The notes under the pieces: model-generated
Database searches by the model: none
What the model saw: the letters and a program-made list of their open reading frames with translations, nothing else
What the model was told of the DNA's origin: nothing
In this document: positions 1 through 5,492 of the stretch, one piece after another
Position numbering within the stretch: position 1 is the first letter of the stretch
How the letters are laid out: every line of letters starts with the position of its first letter
Origin: a virus
Strand: one strand, 5' to 3'
Virus record (IMG/VR): IMGVR_UViG_3300045988_001819
Location: 1 to 5,726 of that record
Length of the DNA stretch: 5,726 bases
Position numbers and translations under genes: made by a program

Positions 1-119
1 CTCCTTTCTGTGGTTGATTTGTGCAAATACCACCGGTTCGCCAGCGCTGGAGGCAGAGCATTCCTCCTTTACATTTGGACGCCGGTTCCCCTATGTCAAT
101 TTTACCAAAAAAAAAAAAC
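1..119. repeat. Left copy of the exact 119-nt terminal direct repeat (circular-contig overlap)
   Basis: Base-by-base comparison shows identity with 5608-5726, including the A12 run at 107-118. Confidence 0.95.
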
Positions 120-147
120 GCAAGGTCAACTTTCGTCAACCTCACGT
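107..147 (-). terminator. Intrinsic terminator downstream of the 52-aa acidic ORF
   Basis: The minus-sense RNA reads ACGUGAGGUUGAC-GAAA-GUUGACCUUGCGU followed by a U11-12 run. That is a 13-bp stem with a GNRA loop. Four of the pairs are G-U, which become C-A mismatches on the other strand, so the hairpin only forms well in minus-sense RNA. Confidence 0.8.
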
Positions 148-155
148 TTTTTGGT

Positions 156-314
156 TTATCTTTCGTATTCTTTGAGTTTTTCACAGATTGCGTTTGTCCA
201 TTCGTCATCCATGTTGTACTCTTCTTTTATCTGCTCTCGGTCTTCGCTTTTCCATCCACCGTCATATAGTGCTGCTGCGCAGTTTTCAACTTCTTCTTCA
301 TAGTAGCTTTTCAT
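156..314 (-). CDS. Hypothetical 52-aa highly acidic, aromatic-rich protein (MKSYYEEEVENCAAALYDGGWKSEDREQIKEEYNMDDEWTNAICEKLKEYER)
   Basis: Hand translation runs from ATG 314-312 to TAA 158-156. AGGAGG lies 6 nt upstream of the ATG. The protein has 16 D/E against 7 K/R, and 7 Y/W. It has its own consensus promoter upstream and a strong terminator downstream. It is below the ORF-track size cutoff. Confidence 0.7.
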   Translation of the reverse strand: MKSYYEEEVENCAAALYDGGWKSEDREQIKEEYNMDDEWTNAICEKLKEYER

Positions 315-333
315 GGTGCGCCTCCTATTTTGT

Positions 334-352
334 GGTGTGCTCTTCTTACACC
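334..352 (-). promoter_or_regulatory. Candidate operator: inverted repeat GGTGT-N9-ACACC starting 3 nt downstream of the P1 -10 hexamer
   Basis: Read directly from the sequence. A repeat of the same geometry, AGTGT-N9-ACACT, sits at the same offset from the second promoter (1994-2012). Confidence 0.5.
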
Positions 353-355
353 TTT

Positions 356-384
356 ATTATACACCTAAAACATACACTTGTCAA
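356..384 (-). promoter_or_regulatory. P1: perfect consensus sigma70/sigmaA promoter (TTGACA-17 nt-TATAAT) driving the 52-aa ORF
   Basis: On the minus strand, TTGACA is at 384-379, the spacer is exactly 17 nt, and TATAAT is at 361-356. The promoter is intergenic and has an A-rich tract (GGCAAAATT) upstream. Confidence 0.75.
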
Positions 385-429
385 GTAGAATTTTGCCTAG
401 ATGGCCGTCCGGTCGGCGCTGGTGCGCCG

Positions 430-469
430 AATGAAAAGGACGGCGTAGCTTTCCGTGACTACGCCGTCC
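430..469 (-). terminator. Probable intrinsic terminator after VP4
   Basis: The minus strand reads GGACGGCGTAG-(10-nt loop)-CTACGCCGTCC, a perfect 11-bp GC-rich stem at 438-469. It is followed by TTTTCATTC and lies about 70 nt after the VP4 stop codon. Confidence 0.6.
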
Positions 470-537
470 TGTGTCCTCTATTCTGTCGTTCTTCAGCTTG
501 ACTTGTCTTTTGCTCTGCTTTTTGATCGCTGTGGCCG

Positions 538-1638
538 CTAGATTTCTTCCCGGATAAGCTTCTTAAACCTCTCTTGTATTTTCTGCTCTTCTTTGTTATA
601 ATACTCTTGTATGGTTAAGCCGTTGTTCTTTTGTAGCTTGGCAAAGAATGCGTCGTTGGCTTTTCGGCGTCGTTCTCTTTTTATTGCCTTTAGCTCGCTA
701 GACTCGGCTTTTTCTATTGTCTCTTCGATGCTCTCCATCTCGCTTTCTGTTAGTGGCTTTGCGTTGGAGTGCTCTAAATCAAATAGCTTATCAAAATACC
801 TTGGTGGTTTGCAAATCCTTCCGTTCTTTAGCTGTATCTTATCTCTTTCGTAGATTTCTGCTGCGTGTTCATAGTAATATTGTGCTCCTATTGCTGGCTT
901 TAGGCTCATATTGCACTTTTCCGGCAAAATGCCCATTTCTTCGTAAAATTTTTTTCCTTCCTTTCCGTATACTTTTTTCGTGGTGTATCTTGCTGTATAG
1001 GCCATTGCTTTCCATTCAGCTGGTGCGATGACTACATGACCCTTTCCCCAGATTTTTGTTATCCAATCTACGTTATAATAGACTGCTCCGTTTTTCCTTT
1101 TGTACTCCTTCATGTCGTTTTTTTCAATTGGCAGGTCGTATACGATCGCATGATAATGCGGTCGGTGTGTTTTCCCGCCATATTCCCCGCATTGGAAGTA
1201 CATCAAATTTCCTTTGTTAAGTTCATGGTATTCTAGATACCTTCGCAGTCTTTTCCAGAATGCTTTCATATCTTCATAGTTGAGGCTGTAATTTTCAACA
1301 AGCACTTCGCCTGTTCCTTCGTCCCATGTCATTCGATATGGGACGTTTTCATTGTCGTATGTAAGAGTTAGGAACCACGCATTTTCATGATATGGCAGTT
1401 CCATTTCCATCCTGTTTGCCCAACTGGATGCTGCTGTCATTTTGCACGCTGGACAGTGTCCGCATGGTAATAGCTGCGCTTCTTCGGTTTTCAACATTTC
1501 CAGAAGCTTCTTCTCTTTGCCGATTTCGCCTTTTTTGCTGTTGCCGTTTTGGTAGTATTTACCAGTTCTGGACAGGTACGCTTTTAGTGATATGATCTGT
1601 CCGGTGTTGAGTCGTACGAGTGGTCTTGTACATGACAT
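538..1638 (-). CDS. VP4: Replication initiation protein VP4 (HUH rolling-circle endonuclease, phiX174 gpA-like superfamily)
   Basis: Rolling-circle Rep motifs are visible: FLTLTYD (motif I), HYHAIVY (HUH, codons at 1150-1158) and AYTARYTTKK (paired Tyr codons at 997-999 and 985-987). A CGHCPAC...W.NR cysteine cluster matches what I recall for gokushovirus VP4. I place the start at ATG 1638 (MSCTRPL...). The in-frame GTG at 1653 given in the ORF track is an alternative. Confidence 0.92.
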   Translation of the reverse strand: MSCTRPLVRLNTGQIISLKAYLSRTGKYYQNGNSKKGEIGKEKKLLEMLKTEEAQLLPCGHCPACKMTAASSWANRMEMELPYHENAWFLTLTYDNENVPYRMTWDEGTGEVLVENYSLNYEDMKAFWKRLRRYLEYHELNKGNLMYFQCGEYGGKTHRPHYHAIVYDLPIEKNDMKEYKRKNGAVYYNVDWITKIWGKGHVVIAPAEWKAMAYTARYTTKKVYGKEGKKFYEEMGILPEKCNMSLKPAIGAQYYYEHAAEIYERDKIQLKNGRICKPPRYFDKLFDLEHSNAKPLTESEMESIEETIEKAESSELKAIKRERRRKANDAFFAKLQKNNGLTIQEYYNKEEQKIQERFKKLIREEI

Positions 1639-1659
1639 ATAGTTTCGCTGCACCTTCCC

Positions 1660-1706
1660 GTCACCTAGCCCCTATAACCTTCTTGATGTTATAGGGGCTA
1701 GGTGAC
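1660..1706. other. Perfect 19-bp inverted repeat with a 9-nt loop, immediately upstream of the VP4 translation start
   Basis: GTCACCTAGCCCCTATAAC (1660-1678) pairs with GTTATAGGGGCTAGGTGAC (1688-1706). The loop is CTTCTTGAT on the plus strand and ATCAAGAAG on the gene-sense strand. No U-run follows it on the gene-sense strand. Confidence 0.85.
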
Positions 1707-1752
1707 ACAATTTTTAGCTGCCGCCCAAAAAACCTAATGGATAAATGTTGCA

Positions 1753-1780
1753 GAAGTGACCGAGTTCGCTCGGTCACTTC
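1753..1780. other. Perfect 12-bp stem-loop overlapping the stop codon of the RHH gene
   Basis: GAAGTGACCGAG-TTCG-CTCGGTCACTTC. In gene-sense RNA it is followed by UGCAACAUUUAUCC, a poor U-tract, so it is at best a weak terminator or attenuator. On the plus strand it is followed by GTTTCTTT. Confidence 0.8.
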
Positions 1781-1977
1781 GTTTCTTTGAGCTTCCACTT
1801 ATTGGCGAATGTGTATCCCGTTTCCTTTTCGCAGTAGCATACTATTGCTTCTCGTATGATGTCGCTGGTGGTCATCTTCTGCCCCCTGTTCATCATTTCG
1901 TGTTCGAGACTTTCTAGTGCTACCTGCTCTCTGTCGGTAAGATTGACATTAAATCTCTTCGTGATCTGCGTTCTCAT
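1774..1977 (-). CDS. Ribbon-helix-helix (CopG/Arc/MetJ-type) DNA-binding protein, 67 aa; putative transcriptional repressor
   Basis: The sequence reads as strand-helix-turn-helix. KRFNVNLT has the alternating beta-strand pattern, DREQVALESLEHEMM would be helix 1, a G-containing turn follows, and TSDIIREAIVCY would be helix 2. This compares with CopG KRLTITLSESVLENLEKMAREMGLSKSAMISVALENY. AGGAGG lies 5 nt upstream of ATG 1977. The gene has its own near-consensus promoter. Confidence 0.7.
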   Translation of the reverse strand: MRTQITKRFNVNLTDREQVALESLEHEMMNRGQKMTTSDIIREAIVCYCEKETGYTFANKWKLKETK

Positions 1978-1993
1978 ACTAGCCTCCTAGCTA

Positions 1994-2012
1994 AGTGTGT
2001 GATTGGTACACT
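1994..2012 (-). promoter_or_regulatory. Candidate operator: inverted repeat AGTGT-N9-ACACT starting 3 nt downstream of the P2 -10 hexamer
   Basis: Arm length, spacing and offset match the P1 repeat at 334-352. The arms differ by a paired G-to-A and C-to-T change that keeps the symmetry. Confidence 0.5.
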
Positions 2013-2015
2013 CAT

Positions 2016-2044
2016 AATATACACCTCTTTTCTCCACTTGTCAA
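2016..2044 (-). promoter_or_regulatory. P2: near-consensus promoter (TTGACA-17 nt-TATATT) driving the RHH gene and probably VP4
   Basis: On the minus strand, TTGACA is at 2044-2039, the spacer is 17 nt, and TATATT is at 2021-2016. It begins 5 nt after the VP2 stop codon. It matches P1 at 27 of 38 positions from the -35 onward (hand count). Confidence 0.7.
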
Positions 2045-2049
2045 CTATT

Positions 2050-2988
2050 TTATGGAAGCATCGGAAGACCCGGCAGTAAGTTGAATTGGCCTTTTGCTCC
2101 AAGGCCTGCGTCAAGTCGCCCTTCGTTCTTGAACTGGTGACCTTCGGTTTTCTGTTCCTGCTGTGTGGTGCTGTCCATCCGCTCACCCAGCTGGCCAACG
2201 GTTTTTGCGCTGCTGCTTACGGTTTGCTGTTGCATCTGTTCGAGGTGCTCAGCTGTCCAGTAGTCAGAACTTTGTTTCGCGTTGTTGATGGCCGTTTGAA
2301 AGTTCTGCACGATCTGTGCGGTGTTGTTGCCGTAGTCATACATTGCCTGCATGGTTGCGTTTTTGGCTGCTGGTGCTGCCAGAGCTTGAGCGTGTGCGAA
2401 GGTCTGACCGCCACCGAGACTTCCATAGCCTCCTGATGGCGTTTGTGCCCCATAGCCGTTATAGGCTGCTAAGATAGGATTCAATCCCGCTGCTTTAAGG
2501 TCTGCCACGCCTCTCTGATAGCTGGTATTGGCCATTCTCTCTTGCCAGTTTCTTTGTTTTTGGGCTTCAGCGGAGTTGTATCGCATTGCGCTGCTTTGGC
2601 TCGCTGCGCTCATTGCATTGGATGCTAGAGCGTTTCCCATGTTGAGAAGATTGCTCATCATCCATGTACCGGTCTGCAAGTCGTTGGCAGTTTTTGCGTT
2701 CGCTGCGTTGAAGTCCGCTGCGGTTTGAGCATTGTTGCCGGTCGGCGTTCCGAGTGCTGTTGCCAGCAGATTTCCCAGTGCGCTTGTGTTGCCGGTCTGG
2801 ACGCTCCCACCTGCGCTTGTAGTGTCCTGTGCGGTGCTTCCCATGGTTGTACCGCTCTGGATAGTCGAGTTCATACTACCCTGCGTTTTGGCGCTGCTGG
2901 TGCTTCCTTTGATTGCGCTGTAGATTCCATACAGTGTGTTTGCCAGAGTTAGGCCGCCTTTGACAAGGCCCATTAGCCCGATTGCCAT
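2050..2988 (-). CDS. VP2: Minor capsid / DNA pilot protein VP2
   Basis: The N-terminus is Gly-rich and hydrophobic (MAIGLMGLVKGGLTLANTLYGIY), and the middle is a long A/G/S/T/Q-rich segment. I recognise the block NSAEAQKQRNWQERMANTSYQRGVADLKAAGLNPILA as the conserved core of gokushovirus VP2. GGAGG lies 7 nt upstream of the ATG. The gene immediately follows VP1. Confidence 0.85.
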   Translation of the reverse strand: MAIGLMGLVKGGLTLANTLYGIYSAIKGSTSSAKTQGSMNSTIQSGTTMGSTAQDTTSAGGSVQTGNTSALGNLLATALGTPTGNNAQTAADFNAANAKTANDLQTGTWMMSNLLNMGNALASNAMSAASQSSAMRYNSAEAQKQRNWQERMANTSYQRGVADLKAAGLNPILAAYNGYGAQTPSGGYGSLGGGQTFAHAQALAAPAAKNATMQAMYDYGNNTAQIVQNFQTAINNAKQSSDYWTAEHLEQMQQQTVSSSAKTVGQLGERMDSTTQQEQKTEGHQFKNEGRLDAGLGAKGQFNLLPGLPMLP

Positions 2989-3000
2989 TGCGCTTCCTCC

Positions 3001-4623
3001 TTAGATGGTATCAAGGCCCGGGATGCTGTAGATAGGCATTGCCCTTGTCCACGTCTGGTCGAAGTAGAAGTTGCAGATAAATTGACGGGATTTGTCGCTC
3101 TGAATTGCGATAGTCCGGTCAATGTTTTCCGTGCCCTCTTTAATCCAGTCGCTCGAGAGAGTTGGGAGACTCGTATACTTGTCCGCGTAGTGCCACGCGT
3201 CCAAGGTCTGCGTGTAAGTGCTGCGCATTTCTCCCGTTATCATGTTTGTTCGGTACCTATAGTCGGCCCAGGCCTCCTGGTACCCAAACACCTCCTCGTC
3301 TTTTGCGTTGCCTTGTGCGTAGATCTCCTGATTGAGTACTGCTTGTTCTCCGAGGTTTGCAAGCATTGGGTCATAGTAGGAAAAGCGTGTGCTGCGTGTC
3401 CACATTCGAGAAAGGCCCTGCTGATAGCTGTGATCAACTCGCACCGCTGCCAGACCGATGATGAAGCCATGCTCCGTTGCGCTGTACGTTGCCATGTTCC
3501 GGCTCATCGTGGTCATGGAGAATGCTGCTGTGTTGCCCTGCGGACTTGTTGAATCCGTGCTGGATGTCTGAATGACCTGATTGATGTTGATAGGCAGTCT
3601 ATACCCGCCGATGTATTCCGATCGGTCAAGCCGTGCATCTGGACTGGTGACGCCCCAAGCTCCTTGCAGGATTTCCTTGTACCGCGTGCCGGTGCGTGCA
3701 TCTCTCTCTAAGATATGCTGTACTGCGATAGCCTGCCGCAGCTCGTTGATGGTCGCGGCTGTTACGTTGCTCATGTCTGCGCCAAGTACTGGGTGCAGGC
3801 TATCGTCTCTTTCGGTGTATACCTGTGCTGGTTTCGCTCCGCTTGTTTTGTCTCCGTTTACGCCTGCAAAGTAAGGGATGAAGTTTGTTATTAAGTTTAG
3901 GTCTGTGTTGTCCAGTTTTTCTTTGAGGCTTGCTGTGCCGTATCCATAAATCGGCGCCGCTCCTGTCATCGGCAGCGTCACTCCCTCGCCTTTCTGAGGA
4001 CTCGGTAAGCAGCTCGTGTAGTAATCTTTGTATTTACAGACTTTGAGCGGCAGGCCTCCGGCTTCGGCGTCGGTGAGTGCCGTTCCTGCGTTGCTTCCTG
4101 CGGTCGTGGCGTCTGATTTGCTCATCGTGACAGGCTGCTGCAGATTTTCGTCTCGAAACCATTCGTTCCAGATTTTGGCATAGGCCCTGAAAGGCAAGCT
4201 GTTCACCTGAAGGTTTTCTACTCCGGTCGGAATGCCGAAGTAATCCGCCAGCGTGCCCACTTTCCAGCCTCCGGCCGGTGCGGTCGTTTTCGGAGTCGTG
4301 TACTCTACCGTTTCCGCCCAGAAGGTCGAGTCGTTCTGGCCCATGAGATTTTCGAAGTGCTCCCACAGCAGCCGCGACGGCACGAAGAAGAAGTAAAAGT
4401 CACAGTAGCAGTTATCCATGACAGGATACAGCGGTGTGCTCATACGCATCAGAGCATTCAGATCGATCTTTGCCGTGTCTGCCGGGAGTACCTCATCACA
4501 GTAGATCGGGACGAGATCACCCTCATTCATCGTGGTCAGGAGAGAATAGTCTCGTTTGAAGCGTGCGCGCGGCACGTTTGCATGAGGCACTTGGCTGTAG
4601 TGTTGTTCAGCGTTGCGGTTCAT
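3001..4623 (-). CDS. VP1: Major capsid protein VP1 (Microviridae F-type jelly-roll capsid)
   Basis: The 540-aa protein carries family hallmarks. These are the N-terminus ...RARFKRDYSLLTTMNEGDLVPIYCDEVLPADT, then CKYKDYYTSCLPSPQKG, TINELRQAIAVQHILERDARTGTRYKEILQGAWGV and SEYIGG. A segment of about 80 aa between PQKG and TINELR fits the gokushovirus insertion loop. Confidence 0.95.
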   Translation of the reverse strand: MNRNAEQHYSQVPHANVPRARFKRDYSLLTTMNEGDLVPIYCDEVLPADTAKIDLNALMRMSTPLYPVMDNCYCDFYFFFVPSRLLWEHFENLMGQNDSTFWAETVEYTTPKTTAPAGGWKVGTLADYFGIPTGVENLQVNSLPFRAYAKIWNEWFRDENLQQPVTMSKSDATTAGSNAGTALTDAEAGGLPLKVCKYKDYYTSCLPSPQKGEGVTLPMTGAAPIYGYGTASLKEKLDNTDLNLITNFIPYFAGVNGDKTSGAKPAQVYTERDDSLHPVLGADMSNVTAATINELRQAIAVQHILERDARTGTRYKEILQGAWGVTSPDARLDRSEYIGGYRLPININQVIQTSSTDSTSPQGNTAAFSMTTMSRNMATYSATEHGFIIGLAAVRVDHSYQQGLSRMWTRSTRFSYYDPMLANLGEQAVLNQEIYAQGNAKDEEVFGYQEAWADYRYRTNMITGEMRSTYTQTLDAWHYADKYTSLPTLSSDWIKEGTENIDRTIAIQSDKSRQFICNFYFDQTWTRAMPIYSIPGLDTI

Positions 4624-5116
4624 TCCTTATTTTCTCCTTTCTGCACAGTTTCATCTGTGCCAGGATTGGGCTTTTTTGTTCATCCTGCTGAATTTTGATG
4701 CCCATCTTGTTTAGCCATTCTTTTTCACCGGCTGTTGCCATCCAGTTTTCGAAGTTCATACCGAAAGCCTGACGAATATTCAGCGGAAGCTGATTGAACT
4801 GCTCCCGTTTCTCGTTCATCATGTTCATGTATTCGGTGTAGGTCTGCGGTAGTTTGCTGGTGTCGATGTACCATCCCGGTTTTGCCAGTACACTTTCGTC
4901 GCCGGCAGCGTACCGGCTCAGAATTGCCATGACGTCGCATTCGTCTTTATAGCTCTGGATTTTCTCGTAGGTGTCCACTTCGCCCACCTTTTCCAGATAT
5001 GGCTGCCCTCGGTCGTCATACCGTTCTTTGTATTCCGGTTCAAACCTGTTGCCCGGCTCGTTCGGCAGCGCCAGCGGTTTTTCGTCCTCGTAGGGTTTAA
5101 AGATTCTTACTCCCAT
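4607..5116 (-). CDS. VP3: Internal scaffolding protein VP3
   Basis: The 169-aa protein sits directly upstream of VP1 and overlaps its start by 17 nt. The motifs YKDECDVMAILSRY and QLPLNIRQAFGMNFENWM match my recollection of the Chlamydia-phage-type scaffold family. GGAG lies 7 nt upstream of the ATG. Confidence 0.8.
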   Translation of the reverse strand: MGVRIFKPYEDEKPLALPNEPGNRFEPEYKERYDDRGQPYLEKVGEVDTYEKIQSYKDECDVMAILSRYAAGDESVLAKPGWYIDTSKLPQTYTEYMNMMNEKREQFNQLPLNIRQAFGMNFENWMATAGEKEWLNKMGIKIQQDEQKSPILAQMKLCRKEKIRNEPQR

Positions 5117-5360
5117 TGAGCTGCTCCTTTTTCATGAGTTCGATATTGTACATGAGCATCGGCAGCGCCAGCGGCTTGATCTGGCCGCTTTCGTTGTCGT
5201 ACTTGCCCAGAAGATAGACCCGCTTATCCTCGCAGTCGGCTTTCTCCATTTCCTGTGCCATCCATCTGAAGGTGCGGTCGGCTACCTTTTCATTGACCAC
5301 TATCAGATTGCCGAAGATGCCAGATAGTTCGTCTTTTACTGCGTATACCTGAAATTCCAT
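5097..5360 (-). CDS. Conserved small non-structural protein (gokushovirus ORF5/VP5-type, function uncertain)
   Basis: The 87-aa sequence MEFQVYAVKDELSGIFGNLI...ADRTFRWM...YLLGKYDNESGQI fits a pattern I recall from this family: V-Y/F-x-V-x-D-x-K/L-x-G-x-F-G, then A-x-R-x-F, then L-G-x-Y/F-D-x-x-x-G. GGAG lies 7 nt upstream of the ATG. It overlaps the VP3 start by 20 nt. Confidence 0.55.
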   Translation of the reverse strand: MEFQVYAVKDELSGIFGNLIVVNEKVADRTFRWMAQEMEKADCEDKRVYLLGKYDNESGQIKPLALPMLMYNIELMKKEQLNGSKNL

Positions 5361-5372
5361 GATGATTCTCCT

Positions 5373-5492
5373 TTACAGACGGATGCCGCCGCGCGACGGC
5401 TTCGGGTTGATGTTGATTTTCTTTGTCTTTTTTGCGGTGTTGGTAAACACTCGCTTATCCTTTTTCGGATTGACCGGCATTCTGTGAGCCAT
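5373..5492 (-). CDS. Small basic DNA-binding/packaging protein (phiX174 J-like, gokushovirus ORF8-type), 39 aa: MAHRMPVNPKKDKRVFTNTAKKTKKININPKPSRGGIRL
   Basis: Hand translation runs from ATG 5492-5490 to TAA 5375-5373. The protein has 12 K/R in 39 aa and a C-terminal RGGIRL. AAGGAGG lies upstream (GGAGG 8 nt from the ATG). It is below the ORF-track cutoff. Confidence 0.7.
   Translation of the reverse strand: MAHRMPVNPKKDKRVFTNTAKKTKKININPKPSRGGIRL

Noticed and set aside
33-50. A GC-rich motif is shared between two non-coding regions: CCGGTTCGCCAGCGCTGG (33-50, including the palindrome CCAGCGCTGG) and CCGGTCGGCGCTGG (408-421, part of the small hairpin GGCGC-TGGT-GCGCC at 415-428). I considered these as iterons or Rep-binding sites.
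   Set aside because: The similarity needs indels, and the shared blocks are only 5-7 nt. Their positions relative to promoters and terminators differ. I cannot distinguish this from chance without related genomes.
1-119. The terminal direct repeat, considered as a biological feature (DTR, LTR or att duplication).
   Set aside because: The repeat is exact, splits a ribosome-binding and promoter region, and its removal yields a canonical circular microvirus genome. An assembly overlap is the simplest explanation.
362-384. The P1 spacer GTATGTTTTAG resembles a XerD arm of a dif site (TTATGTTAAAT), considered as an integration site like those of dif-integrating enterobacterial gokushovirus prophages.
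   Set aside because: Only 7 of 11 positions match. No matching XerC arm or 6-bp central region exists at the required spacing. The similarity is explained by AT-rich promoter sequence.
574-602. A plus-strand promoter-like element TTGTAT-17-TATAAT with a TGn extended -10 lies inside the 3' end of VP4 and could give an antisense transcript.
   Set aside because: It lies within an AT-rich stretch of coding sequence where such hexamers arise by chance. The -35 matches only 3/6, and the downstream plus-strand ORF (611..853) has no ribosome-binding site. I see no supporting terminator or structure.
1682-1691. CTTGATGTTA on the plus strand, partly in the loop of the 19-bp hairpin, matches the phiX174 origin core CTTGATATTA at 9 of 10 positions (gpA cuts TTG/AT).
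   Set aside because: It lies on the strand antisense to the genes, whereas the microvirus Rep nicks the gene-sense viral strand. A 10-mer with one mismatch is expected roughly 0.3 times by chance in both strands of a 5.6-kb genome (my rough estimate). It is worth including in a nicking assay but is not supportable as an origin call.
10-4698. Numerous plus-strand ORFs in the track, several of them hydrophobic (for example 10..303, 188..388, 611..853, 717..1031, 2086..2436, 2732..2923, 3082..3552, 4357..4698).
   Set aside because: All lie antisense to well-supported minus-strand genes or to the regulatory regions. They lack Shine-Dalgarno sequences and have low-complexity L/F/S/C-rich composition typical of shadow frames. 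Microviridae encode all genes on one strand.
1974-4940. Minus-strand ORFs embedded in alternative frames of VP1, VP2 and VP3 (4034..4366, 3513..3701, 3240..3470, 4725..4940, 2217..2453, 1974..2198), considered as possible overprinted genes such as phiX174 E or K.
   Set aside because: I saw no ribosome-binding sites ahead of them. Their Arg/Ser/Thr/Pro-rich composition shows no transmembrane or recognisable domain features. They are plausible frame-shadow artefacts. Overprinting cannot be fully excluded without comparative data.
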